A stretch of DNA of 64,000 nt from Ascidiella aspersa (lineage: Eukaryota), in assembly GCA_963924565.1 (NCBI GenBank), contig OZ004614.1, positions 23,188,001 to 23,252,000 on the forward strand. The letters are read 5' to 3'. Under the pieces are notes generated by a model, which was given only the letters and a program-made list of their open reading frames with translations, was not told the origin of the DNA and ran no database searches. Position 1 is the first letter of the stretch. Each line of letters opens with the position of its first letter. Both the position numbers and the translations under genes were made by a program. Shown one piece after another: positions 11,546 through 25,066 of the stretch.

Positions 11546-14224
11546 AAACGTCAACGCTATTTACAACCCGTCAGTACGAACATTTTCATATTGAAGGGGA
11601 TCTGCAGTACCACATTCAGTAATTCAGTCAAACTCAAAACTGTATATTCGTATTTAAAAAAGCAGCAAAAGTGGGGATATTTTAAAGAAGCTGCAAACCT
11701 TTATGATAATTTTTTTACTATTTGGTGTTGCATAGCATTTGCAACAAAACCCTTTCACACCATTATAAGTATAAGTTGGTAATGCTACATTTTCATACCG
11801 ATACAATATACCGGCATGAAGATTTATATTTTTTTACACCGGGCAAACTTAATGCTTACAATATGCCACCGAAATTTAGTCAAGTCCGGGGCATGTAATT
11901 CAATTACATCGCCCTTACAAGAAATCGCTTGCCTATAAGACCTTAAGAGAAAGCCAATTAATCGGGAACAGGCCGCGAAATTAAACCGGCCTAAAGCCCA
12001 GAGGGATTCTCTATAAACGTCGATAAAATAACGTTGAGAGATTAATGTCGATAGAGAGACCGCGACCGGCTTTTAAGCTTGTAGTTTTCACAGCTGCCCA
12101 ATGCACATAACCATAGGGCCTGGAGATTTCCAATTCTACAAAGTAATACTGCCATTGGATGTGCCAGTGTTGCAATGTGACTGGACTTCAGTGCACCTTA
12201 AATCACTCACAGTATTCAAATGACTTCACTGGGTTAAATCTATTGACCAAAATGACCGGACTTGAGTGAGTCTTTCAACCAAAATGACTTGACTTGACTT
12301 AAATATTTTGAACAAATGACTTAAATTGCCTAAATCAATGTGTTATATTTTAAATTTCGGTGTTTTTGTTAAATATTTCTTAATAAATTGGGTTATTTAT
12401 CTTAATTTTGAAACGTTTAGCAATTTGCTTACTATATGTGTTGCCTTATTTTTAGTTAATGTATTTGTCATGATTACCAATTTTGTTATTAGTTGAACGT
12501 TTTATTTTATGACAATGACTTGAACTGTAACTTTACTTGTTAATGTTTTGTAAAAGACTTGACTTGGAATCGAGTTATTTTTCAAGTGACTTGACTTGAA
12601 ATTAAGTCTTTTCAAAATGATTTGTTTGAACAATAAAGTACAACCATCCGATCCTTACGTCATTAAAATGACGCCATTATTTTGGTTTCGTATATATAAG
12701 AAACCATTGAAAAAAAAACATTAAAAAAAAGTTTTCCTAGGTTGAAATTTTCTTTCGTATTGAAACAATGATGAACTACGATTATAGCAGTTTACCATTT
12801 TTCGGTTTACTATTAGATCGAAAACCAATGGAGATCGCAAAACATGTTTGAAATTGACAAATTGATTAAGTATTGGGTCACCACACCATCCTTTGATCCG
12901 ATATTTTTGAACATCCCTAACAATACACCACATTTTATTGTCACTAGGATTTTGTTTTAAACAATACCTAGCGAAGCACGCATAAGGCATAAGGCAGGAA
13001 CAGTCATTCTCGCTTCAGAAGGCATCATTGATCGGTGGCGATATGAAAATCCCTTTCGACAAATCGAATATGTCCTTGGCCTCCCTTGAGAATGCGTTAT
13101 GCTGCTGTTAGCTTATGTTGCCCCAAAAGCAATATGAGGCTATTAGCGCGAACCAAAGCCGACCCATGTGCGCGCTTCTATTGGACAATAAGTCTACGGC
13201 GCCTGTAATAATAATAATCGATCAACCTTATGCAGTGGTGAAATAATTCCGAAACGGTCAGGAACGGTGATTCGGTAAAATAATTTTCGCAAGTACGACA
13301 TACCGGTAAAATAATGATATTTTTTTCCAGGCTATCCCCTTATCTACTTAAATGTATTTAAGATTTTAGTTCTATATTTGTGGGCTACGTCGAATGATAA
13401 CCTCAGGTGATTTAAGCTTGTCTTGTTTTTTACGCCCCAATATGACGATGACGTTAATTTGTGACGTCATCCTTAGGAAATAAATAAAAATTGTGGTATA
13501 GATAGGTATGGTTTTTGTCCAAAATATCGGGTACCGGTGTCGGAATGATAGCACAAATATCGGACATGACAATTAACCACTGCTTATATAATAAACGCTA
13601 AAAGCCACAGATTTTCAACCACGGACGAATGACGTCAATATTATTAAAAACACTTGGCATTCCTTTCGGGCGTTTGAGCGAGACTCAAAAAAACATCATG
13701 GTTATTTTGTTTTATAGTAATTTTTATAACTTGAAGCAATACAAATATAAACATTATGAACTTCATAACAAATGTAGCTTTCTAATATTTCAAAACAAAA
13801 TATAAAAAAACATAAATATTCTTTGTTTTTTGTTGAGTACAGTGTTGACGTAATAAATCCTGTTAATGAAAATCTGGATTGACAACGCACTTTGCAGTAT
13901 CGGTATCCAAATAAAACCCGAAGTTTTGCACATTCCTAAGGCAACAAAGGTTTCTCACATTCCTAAAGCAACAGTATAGGGCGTGTTACATTGCGCCTAT
14001 TTCGCCAGTTCTTACAAACAAAGGCAAATGATTCGCTGGGGCGCGTGCACATTGACCAATCAAGTCGTCAGCCACGATGTAAACAGAATGTCGGCGGCGA
14101 TTTGCTTTGATGTGCTCAGCGAACACCTGGGTCGCCATAATCCACCAACAATCGGTCAGTCAACAATAAAACTGGTCTAATTTTCTGGCCGTTTTGTTAA
14201 TCGCGCATTTGAGCTTGGTTTAAA

Positions 14225-14600
14225 TTCATTTTGATAACTGCGGTTTAAATGTTCGTTTTATGGACGGTACAAACCCACTCTGTCAACTACACTTTAAATG
14301 TCATATTTTAGGTTCAGTTTAAATGTACTTTTTATGTACGGTATAAGTTCACTTTGTCAACTACAGTTTAAATGAACGTTTTGAAGGTAGATTTTAAACG
14401 TACTTTTTTAGGTAAGTATAAGTGTAAGTTTTATGTACAGTTTAAATGTAGTGTTTTAGGCACAACTAAAATATACGTTTTTTGATGCAGTTTAAATATA
14501 CTTTGTATATAGGTACAGATTAAATGTACTCTTATAGATGTGGTTTAAATCTACTTTGCCAACTTCCGTTTACACCTGCTTTAGTCAGGTATGTTTAAAA
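14225..14600. repeat. Degenerate minisatellite (CAGTTTAAATGTAC-type units)
   Basis: About 10 recurrences of (C/A)GTTTAAATGT. Confidence 0.7.
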
Positions 14601-17600
14601 TTCACTGGAAGTTATGCGTTCACTGCGCAAGAATCTCGAAAAGCGACAGATTTAAATACGAGAAAAAAAAAATCTTCAAACTGATCCTGCAAAAAGGCCT
14701 AAAGAAAGGGCCTAAAAAGAGTGCCGGCTTCTTGCCTAAAAGGCCGTGAAAGCTGGCCAAACGTCTGGCGCAAATCGGTCGCGGGCGATTGCACTTCAAT
14801 CCGGGCACAAGACGTGACGAAAAACTTCGAGGGGGGTTGAGGGGGGAGTGGGGGTCATTGTCTGTTACCCGGGCGTACCAAATTCCCCCCAGCAGGTGTA
14901 AGGAGGGATTGTCCCATACTCGGCAGTTTTTTTCGATACCGATGCACAATATTTATTTTACGTAAAACGTGTTGCGACCTTATGACGTCATTACTATGGC
15001 CAAACAGGCAAACCTTTTTAAAACATTCGAATTTTTTGTTGTTTAAAGAAATTGTACCCTATTTTAAAGTCTCACATGCTTATTATAGGTATGCGATTAA
15101 ATTATTTTTTCTAAATTACCCCAAAAAAATCGCGGTGAACTTGAGAATATCTCGGTAGGCAAACATTTTGAGAATAACTGACTTAAGTAGTGTAAAGTCA
15201 AATGTTGCACGAATTCGAAAAATAGCGCGGGTTGAAAAAAAAATGAAATTCTGCTCAGTTCCACAGTTGAAAGTTAAAAAAAAATTTGAACGTTTTGTTT
15301 TGTTTGAAAAAAGTCGCGCTATTTTTGGGGAAAAAATGAGCTTTTTTTGGAAAAATTCGAACTTGGACGAAAACGTGTTCATTTCGCTTGGCGCAACTAA
15401 ACTACGGAAACGGAAATCAGGTGCGTTTTTCTTTACGCCGATCTGACACAACGCGCACATTACGACAACAACAAAGGGCGCCTACACACAACAAAAACAC
15501 AACAACACAGCTCCTAGCCAAGTCGCTTGGATCAAAAGCGAGCTGGCTTGGGCAAACCTGAAAGCATTCCAGCGGCGAAAATTTACAGGGCCGGTGGGAG
15601 CGCGCACCTACAACAAAGCCGACAAGGACCAACGCCAAGGCATGCCGTCGACCCTACTGCGCCTGTAATTACTCGCTATTGTGACGCAGCGAAGCCTGTA
15701 ATAAGCTTTTTCAACGCGACGCCCTTAATAGTGTTCTTGTTCGTTTTTTTCGGAATAAGAATATCATTAAAGCCCATGCAGAAGTAGATATAAATTTGAA
15801 CGTTTCTAATAACTCTATATTTATCTTCAACTTGTATTTTAACACAGTGAATAAAGATATATTCGCAACGTTCACAAAATTCTGCCTGCTTCTCTATGGA
15901 TTTGATGTTCTTATTACGTCTTACTACAACCTCCAACCATTATCCTCCAGTTTATTGTTCGTTTTTAGTAGAGTAAATTGGAAGAGGACGTTTGTAAGGT
16001 AGTTAGTTCCCGCATATATATATACTATATATATAAGGCTGGGGTTCTTTGACTTTTGCAACGCAGACCCCTGAAAAAAACACTTCACGACAAAGAGAAT
16101 ACGTGAAGTTTTAGCTAGGACGATAAATGACTTAACTTAAGCGCACTTAATTCACTGTTTTTTGATGACTTGACTTGACTCAAGCCTATTGAGAAAATGA
16201 CTTGACTTGACGTAAGTCTTGTAGAAAAAGGGGTGAAATGAAGTGTTTTCATTGAGTATTTTTTTGTAAAATTTGATAATTTATCCTAATTTTTTCGCAC
16301 GAAAACAATTTGCCAGCTGTGTATTTTTAGTACTCATTCTCTTTTTTCTATTTTTAGTACTCATTCTCTTTTTTCTATTTTTAGTACTCATTCTTGGACG
16401 GGAGCGTGTATTTTTATGACAAAGACAATGACTTGACTTGTTATTCATTCAAAAAGACTTGACTCAGACTTGGGTTAGTTTTAAAAGAACTTGGCTGGGA
16501 CTTTGTTTATAACACTCAGGCAAAAACATACACAAAAAGAACACCAACAGAAAAAAAGGCCAAACCCTTAATAGTGGCCCAAACGAAAGTTGGCACAGTG
16601 TGATTCCAGGTTTCGATCGAAAGAGCAATGATGATTATCCGGGCACCTAATCGAATCTAGGGCGCAGGGAAAGGGGGCGTGATTCAGATTGACGGGACAA
16701 CGCCCACTCAAACTCCGCAGCTAAATTAAGGCCCACTGTGTGATTTCGTTATGCCCAGTGTGCTGTGTACATTATGGTGGAAAATTTGGTTGGTGAGTTT
16801 TACAAAGGTTAACGAAATCACGGGTTGTTGATTTAATTTAGTAAGGTACGGTTCCAATCTCACCCTCATCGACAACTTGTTACGCATATAGCGGTTAGTA
16901 TATAATGTATTACTGCTTTCATAATGCATGTATAATCGGTGGTAATTAATTTCGTTTTTTGAAAAGCTTTATAATAAATACGAAAAACGGGTTGAAGCAT
17001 TTGGACTCGGTTCGAGTAACGCTATTTTCGACTCGACTAAGTTGAGCAATTACTCGGAAAAAACAACAAACGAACTTCTGTTCAAAAAAGGGTTTTCGCA
17101 CCGCAGATAAAATACGAATATTGGAAAAGATTGGATTGTCAGAGTCGATACACGACACCAAGTGGTGGAATAGGTACTCGTCCGATACTTTGATGTTATC
17201 GGTGTACGATACCAAATAATTACGAGTTATTGACTTGTTGTGTGAGCTAACGCATATTTTTTACTTTGATGAAGAAAAAACAACAAAAACAATAGATAAT
17301 TGGACTTCTTTACGAAAAGGCAAATTCAGTCTTACAAAACTGGTTAACATTACCATTTATCAATTTTAGCAAACTGAATGTGCAAAATATAAAGATATCT
17401 CCATGCCCTTACACCTGAATGACGACAATTGACTTCAAATTGGAGCAAATAAGTTTTGTGTCAGCATTGTTTTGTTGGTTTTTCTAAGAGATTGATGATG
17501 CCTTATTTTGCGGCGAAATGTACGTCTCTTTTAAATGACTGGAACTTAAAAAATGACTGACTTTGACCAGGGAATGGAAGTCTAAAGAATATTTTCATCT

Positions 17601-19959
17601 TCAATTAGATCTATGCTTCGCTATACATATAGCATAAGAGTGGGTGCTTTTGATAAGGGTTAATTTCATTCAAAATACCGGAAATCAATATTGGAACGAA
17701 ATTCCGAGCATTCGAGCTAACACTATATCCGGAATAAACCGGTTAAAAGCTGCTCGTAATTAGTTGGATAAAAGAAGAAAGCAACTAATGGGAAAAATTC
17801 GGTGGTGCTTTTTCACCCAGAGGCGTCCAATTTGCAGAAACAACGCAGATTAGCCGAAGGGACTAAATCAGCTGCAAGTATGCCTTGGGGGACGGAGTAC
17901 GCTCTACTCCCGCCAATCAATAACCTGTAAAGTCCGTACAAGGATATCGGATGTTGGAGGCGAACGCAGAACCGGAGTGACACCTTTTAAGTTTGCTGGA
18001 ATCTATACGGCCCTATATATTTGTTAAGGAGAAAATTTGACGACAAAGTTTCGCGTTTGCGAAAAGCGCTATAGAGGCATAGCAAGAATATCAAAGCCGA
18101 TAGGCAGCATTTCGAAAGCTTCTAATATCTCGTTATTCATTTTCAACATCTTGATGCAAGTTGAAATCTTGATGTAGAAAATGAATAAAGAGTTATTCAA
18201 AACGTTCACAAAATGTCACCTACTTCTGTATGGGTTTTCGTATTCTTAACTAAATCCTCCAACCATCATGCTTAAAACAACATAAGCATGTTCGGAGGAA
18301 AGTTAAACGATGATTTGTTGTTGTTTGTTAATTAAAACCTATTCCTAAAATAATTGGCGCTAGGGACTTCCGATAATATCGGATCGGAGCCGATACCCGA
18401 TGCCTCTTTTGTAGTATCGGAACTCATCCGGTACTAGGCTAGTATCGGTGATGACCGGATACCAAACTCATAAAGGAAAATTTCAGCCATGATTTGCAAA
18501 ACTAACGTAGGCATTTCACTTTAAAGAGTAAATTTATGAAAAATAGTAGGTTAGCAACTGGAGAAAATTAATCGTCTTAAGCTAGAATACAGGGTCGGAT
18601 ATTTCGTTTTATTCACATGGAAATAAACGGACAGCGCTTGTTTTTAATTTTAATTCCTTCATAACACAAAATGTCGGGGAAAACAACTGAACAAAAAGAA
18701 CTCTGCAATTAAGTTTCACCATCTCGATAAGTAGGCGGTCAACTGGCAACGTTCCGAAGTCACTCGGACAAAAGGATTATAGATATTTGCCACTCAACGG
18801 AAGCGTGATTTACACGAACTCGAACGAATTATAAGCGAATATGCCAGCCAGGCGGCAATCAACTTTGTAACCAGCAATTCCGTTTCAAGGCATTTGCCAT
18901 ATGCCGCGAATTATGTCTAAAAGCGGTCACACCGGCTGTACACTGTTCTGTTATTGGATGGTATTAGTGTCCGCGGCTAACCATCGCACATCTTAATCTG
19001 TAGCACTTTAATTGAAGGTATCAGCTAAGAATACTCGCAAGTAAGAACCGCTCTTAACCTGTTGTTTAAAACGTACAACGTTTAACTTCTTGCTTAACCA
19101 TCGCTATCGGTATACTATATAGAGTTGGTGGTAACATTTAGCTTTTAGTTAACATTTACTCTTTCAAGCATCGCAAAAATATTTACATATACAGAATATA
19201 TATAAAAACCTTGGGTTGAACAAATTTTAAAATTATATAATGTTTCAGATTCTGTTTACGAATGGAACATCACACCATAAACAAAGCTTACACATCGACC
19301 TTAAAACTGACCGAAACACTATCACCTTCGCGAAACCTTAAAATAAAACACAAGAAATCGGCCACGCCACCATACGCTTTACAAAATGAAACAAAAGCTA
19401 TGGTTAAAACTAACATTGAAACAGGGTTGACGAATCCTTCATCCAAACAGCCTATATATTGAATGTCTGTTTCAAACAAAGCTTGTTTCGTCTTCAACTA
19501 TTGTTAAAAAGCAATTGTAAAACGTTTTTTGTGAAAACTTGAACAACTAGAGAATCCTTAAACCGAGCAAAAATGTTTAATAAGCGCCAAACTCGAAATA
19601 AAACAAAAAATCGGTCACACCACAATACGCTCCACAGAATGAAATAAAAGTTAAAAAAACAATGGTTGAAGCTAAGATTAAAAAAATACAAATGGTTGAT
19701 GAATCCTCAATCCAAACAAACTGCTTGTTTTGAAAAAAAAGGCTGTTTTTTTCAAACAACCTATATATTTAATACCTGTTTCACAGAAAGGTTGTTTTTC
19801 TTCAACTATTGTTAAAAAAATAATTTTAAAACGTTTTCTAAAAACTCGAACAACTAAACAATCCTTTACATTTTTTAAATTAAATACCAACAAAACACAA
19901 AATACCGTTAACGCCCACGCCACGCCACCTTACACTTCACACATATAGTTGCCACGTAC

Positions 19960-20494
19960 CTTTGCTGGTCTCGGAGAATGGCCTGACGCCAGTCGAGGCC
20001 GCCACGGTTCCGGATTCGGACAGGCTTGGCCTCAGGGAGGACCTTGGCGCCGATGAGGACACACAAGAGGACGAGCTCTTCTTCACGGAACGGCGACTCA
20101 CATCCGAATCATAAGCCTCGTCAAGTTGCGGATGCTGATAACCGGTGACAGCGTTGCGGTGACTGTTGTACTTTCCCGACTCGATACGCTTGAACGCCTT
20201 CCCGTCAAAAAGGGGCGTGTCCTTGTTTGTGACGTCACAACCGGAGTCCTCGCTCTTCTGACCGCGGGAGGACTTTGAGGAAGAGGAGGACTCTTTCTTC
20301 AGTTGGCGGGCAAAAGCGCCGTGTTTGCGGTTCCGCGGTAGTGAAGCGGTGGTTGAGTTGGCTTGGGGTTGGGGTTCGGTGTTGTGTGGGTAAAGGTGGG
20401 GCTCATCGTTTACGGGGTCCTCCTCTTCCGGGAGCACCTGCTCTTCATCCCAGAGGGTGCTCGGGGAGCTTGACGTCATCATGATGTAGCTGAC
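19960..20494 (-). CDS. Host gene, coding exon 4 (VSYIMMTSSSPSTLWDEE...RPFSETSK); gene continues beyond position 1; product unidentified
   Basis: Acceptor ttttccctaatcttccccaccag|GTC and donor AAAG|GTACGT. 535 nt, open (ORF-track 19937..20482), phase 0 in and phase 1 out, GC-rich codons. Confidence 0.85.
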
Positions 20495-22827
20495 CTGGTG
20501 GGGAAGATTAGGGAAAAGTTGAAAGGACAGGATTTTGTGTCTCTGCCATAATACGATAAATTGTAACCCAATTTCAATTAAAAAAAAACTCTCACTGGGA
20601 TGAAATGCGTTTATCGTGTAAAATTGACCTTAAATCGCCAAGATGTTCTAGTACACTCAACATTAAATTAGGTATTGTATATTTTCGAAATGCCCGATGA
20701 CAAGCTGCTGCGTTCGTGCAATGATCAAAGCAGAACAGAAGAAGTAAATGACAGCAGAGTATAACGACAAGTCACAAAACTTGATAATCCGATCAACTAT
20801 ACACGCCAGAAAATACCGGAAAAGGAGTTTAGTCGGATTAAAACAGAACTTAGCAATCTCGTGCAATGTACTGCATTTTCTGTTCGTGCAGCTACGAATT
20901 TCACAGATCAGCCATGTAAATATTTCAATCTATACTTTAGGTCTAAGTGTTAACCGACAGCTAAGTAAGATATTTATTCCTTTATATAATTACCGACTCA
21001 AGTAGAGTATATTTTATTGAACACACAATGTTTCGCATCAGTTTTTTTAGAATTATTAATTATATAATCTTTGAATGAAACGGGTTGTAAACATTTTTAA
21101 ACTATAAATCAGAAAAAGCAGCCGCGTAAATACTCAAATCCATGATTTGGTTCTAAATTTTAACCAAGCGCTGGGTGAAAATATTCATCCTTTTATAATT
21201 ACAAAATCAAGCACGCAAAAATGTGCAATTTTTTTTCGCATTTGCTTTTCAGAAATACTGCCAATAGCCTTTAAATAATTTGGGTAAGCAAAAATTTTAA
21301 ACAATAAATCAGAAAAAGTAAGATCGTAAACACTATCAACTGTATACTGACAATTACATATTGGATCATGGATAAACTAATTAGCACGTTCTACTGGGAA
21401 ATACTAAGCGATGACATATCAACTTGAGAACAACGCTGCTATTTTTGTTGTTTAAGTAGTAATCCAAATATTGAAAATTCCGTAGCTTCTCAAACCATTT
21501 TAACATTTAAATTAAATCTATCTTAATAAGCCCAAGTAAAGTAGAATGTCATGTCCAAGTATCATATATAAATGTTAAACTGTTTTTAATCGATTTTGAG
21601 CAATATTTCGCTTTGCAAGCATTAAAAGCAAGCAAAATATCAACTGCTTTTAAGCTTACGTTTTTCGTCTATGTTTTCGTTTGGGACTAAGCGGTTAAGT
21701 TAGTAGCAGTTTGTTAACGTTCATCGCTAACTAAATACCCTGACAGAAAGCTATTTTTTTTTCAATTATCACAACGTCATACCTTGCTTGATTTGAGAAC
21801 CGACATGGCACTGACAAACTAACTTGAATGCAGCACTGGTAGAACAGTTAAGAGAAGTTCGGAATTGTGAACATTTCGAAAGCTAACGCGAGAAATCGGG
21901 CGGTTTCGGCTGCGTTAGATAAGCAACAAATTAGGGAAAACACAAACACAAATATAAAGGAATTCGATGTTTGCCAGCCAATCTACTTAGCCAATCTAAT
22001 ACAAACACACTGTTAAAAGTGTCGCGTTACCGAGAACCCATTAGGCGACTATTGACGAGTCGCTAAATAAAGAGGAATGACACATTGTACACAAACACGA
22101 ACCTAAATAATTGTGGTTTGCCATCAACAAACCGGATGCGGTGAAAAAGCGCAGTAAGCACTGCTGACCTTTATTTTAATCGGTGTTTAAAAACTGCGAC
22201 AAATATATGCGGCCATATGCGACCTGTATGCAAATACGGAAGAAATCAGAAAATCAATAGATTTTTATGAATGGAAATGGAAAACTGGACTTCGGAATTT
22301 CGGAGTATGACATGCATTCCGCATATTGCCAAGTCAGAAATCGTAGCGACAATCTATATTGATAGATAAATTACCTGTTGACGTGACAGCATATGTTTCT
22401 ATTGCTACCAGGGATGTCCGTTACTTGATGTTTTATTGCGATACCGGTGCCAGACATTTAAAACAAAACGCCTCGCCGATATCAAACGACTTCGCTATGA
22501 AGTTTAAACTTTTGAAAAAGATTAAAAATATGTTAAAGGCAATTTTATTAGGTTTATTCTCGTCACAATTAGAATACCTCCAAATTGTTAAGCCACTTTT
22601 TTTTGATACATTTGAATTTTCAGGTATGACCACAGCGTTTGATCAAAAAACATGGCTGAAATTCTCATAGAAATTTGGAAAAAACATTAACACGAATCAT
22701 AGAAACATTAACACGAACCGGCTCTGATCATCTTTTAACAGACATCCATAATAATGACTGTCCGAAACCTGACCTAACATTCGCCTTTCAATATACAAAC
22801 TTAAACAAAACGAAAAAACAAAGATAC

Positions 22828-22983
22828 CGGGTAAAAGATGCGTCCCGCCGTTTTGGAAGCGGGCAGGGTCCGCATGTGGCTTGGTGCCGCGCCCTGGTGG
22901 AACCCGGACCCCCCTGCTCGGGGGTGACTCGCTTGGTGGCGCCACGCGTGCCTTGGACTCGAGTCGTATCGTTTCAGCTTCAT
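22828..22983 (-). CDS. Candidate alternative first coding exon (MKLKRYDSSPRHAW...GRIFYP) splicing into exon 4
   Basis: GC-rich island starting near ATG 22983. Donor CCG|GTATCT is phase 0, compatible with exon 4. Upstream acceptor tttcaattcag|G at 23060. Confidence 0.55.
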
Positions 22984-23324
22984 ATTGGCGGGATATATTT
23001 TTAAGCAAACAGTTTATACAGCAGCGTATACAGTTTAAAGTGATCCATGGTAAAGTTGTCCTGAATTGAAACAACATCAGTCATATGTGTGCTAACCTTG
23101 ATCTTTGTAGGCTTAAACATTCATACACAACTGTGTACAACTGCGATTTAGCCCTTAATAAGTTGTACTGGTCAACGATGACGGTGCACATATCTTAACA
23201 CAACATACACAGATCAATGTAGGAAAATTATAGAGTAAGCTATAGGATAAAAAATCTAAAGGTTTGCATTTCAAACCTCGGTCATAACAGAATTGTCGGC
23301 TCTATCAACTTTACTACGCAGGCT

Positions 23325-23445
23325 TTGAGGGGAGCAGTCGAGAAACGACCATACGCAGTTGCTTGCTGGATCCTGTTTGTTAAAATAGACTGCGGTTAGG
23401 CTCGAACTCACACCCCATAGGCTATACCGGTGCCCCGCTCTACCA
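23325..23445 (-). mobile_element. Degenerate SINE fragment (inter-head linker and head remnant)
   Basis: GAGGGGAGCAGTCGAGAAACGACCATA...CTCGAACTCAC matches 11380-11470. Confidence 0.6.
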
Positions 23446-23739
23446 AAATCACGTCTTTGAAACGGTCGTTTCCCTATAGTCACTAAATGAAGATCAACTG
23501 ATAGTTTAATAAAATAAACGATCTTTTTAACCTTATAACCATTATTCGCCTTAATAATTTACTTTTGTCTATAAGAATTACTAGACGAACAATTAGGAAA
23601 AGATAGGTGCTCTTAAACAGTTCCAAAGTGCATTTAAAATTGTTTTCTATATTCACTTACAAAATAACGCATTTTTAAGTGAATCCGCTATAATTTGGAA
23701 CAAATACAAAAAAAATGCATTTTTAATATTGGAAAACTT

Positions 23740-23965
23740 TGGAGCATAATGGTTGGAGGTTGTAGTAAGAAGTAATAACAATTTTCATGATGTTGAAAAT
23801 GAATAAAGAGTTATTCGAAACGTTCAAAATGATACCTACTTCTGTATGGGCTTTGATATTCTTATTACGTCTTACTACAACCTCCAACCATTACATTGTT
23901 GATGTTGAAAATGAATAAAGAGTTATTCGAAACGTTCAAAATGATACCTACTTCTGTATGGGCTT
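23740..23965. repeat. Family D: ~220-bp foldback repeat (GGAGCATAATGGTTGGAGG...AAAGCCCATACAGAAGTAGG...CCTCCAACCATTATGCTCC)
   Basis: More than 15 fragments in both orientations: about 1900-2045, 5250-5410, 6170-6290, 15750-15940, 18080-18270, 27300-27450, 32360-32470, 43255-43385, 46100-46220, 53345-53475, 60000-60112, 60390-60580 and 63140-63580. Confidence 0.75.
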
Positions 23966-25066
23966 AAATATTGGAAAAATTCTGCAACATGCAGACAGGC
24001 CTTTTTTGCAATTAGGCACGCCGCACCAAAATCGACATTATTTTTTCGTTCGGCATAGTCCTTTTTGGCAGCGCCATAAAATATTTATCAGGCGCCTAAT
24101 CAGCCAAAAGAGTGCCGCTGGGTTCCAAAAGGCCCCAATGCTTCCAATCGGCTCAGGCAACCCATTACAAGACCACTCGACTTGTAAGTTAAAAATGTTG
24201 GCGCCAAGGTTTAGATTCGAATTTTTTGCAACATGTGGGTTTTACTCGCCAAAATGGTATTTGGAATTTTACCGGGTGAGTTTTGGCAATGATATATGTT
24301 GCATTGATTGGCTTGGCTGGATACTATATGTCGAAAGTATAATATCCAGCCTTTTTAATTCACTTTTTAATGTTGTTTGGAATGCAGTTAGTTGGGGGGT
24401 TTAAACTTAAAAAGATTATAGGAACCACTAGTTTAATATTCCGCTCAAACATGCTACCCATTATATATTGGAAAAAAATTCGATTCGCACCATGTTTTGT
24501 CGTTTTTTCAATTAAGTCAACGTAAGGAAACGACCTTAATGAATAAAGCAGCATAGTTTTTTAACCTTTTTAATCGCGTGTATATTTCAAGGCTAACAGC
24601 AAACAAAAAGATTCGTTCGGTTTGTTGAAACATTTTTATCTCCATATGTTTACCAATATATAACCACGTTCAATGTTGGACAAGATTACATGCGCAAGAT
24701 TATACAAACAGACTTAAACTATAACACTTTATCTCCTGTGGTTTTCACTTAAGAAACTGCCGCCAAAGAAACTCTGATCACCCCAAATTGCAAATTACCT
24801 TGTCCAATCTGCACCTGAGACTTCTTGCAGCTGCTGCATTTTTCATTCGCTACAACACAAACGACATAAGTGGCTGTGCGAACATACAACGCTAATGTCG
24901 CGCTCAACTTTCGCCCAAACAAAACAAGCAAGTGCGCTCCGAACGTGAAAAAATTCAGCGCCGACAAAAATACGGGGCCCCGATGCTAATAGGGGGGTTT
25001 TAAGGGGCGGATTGCCCCCTCGAAATAAATGTTTCGGCGTTGCCCGAATTTTGGCCTTCAATCAAC

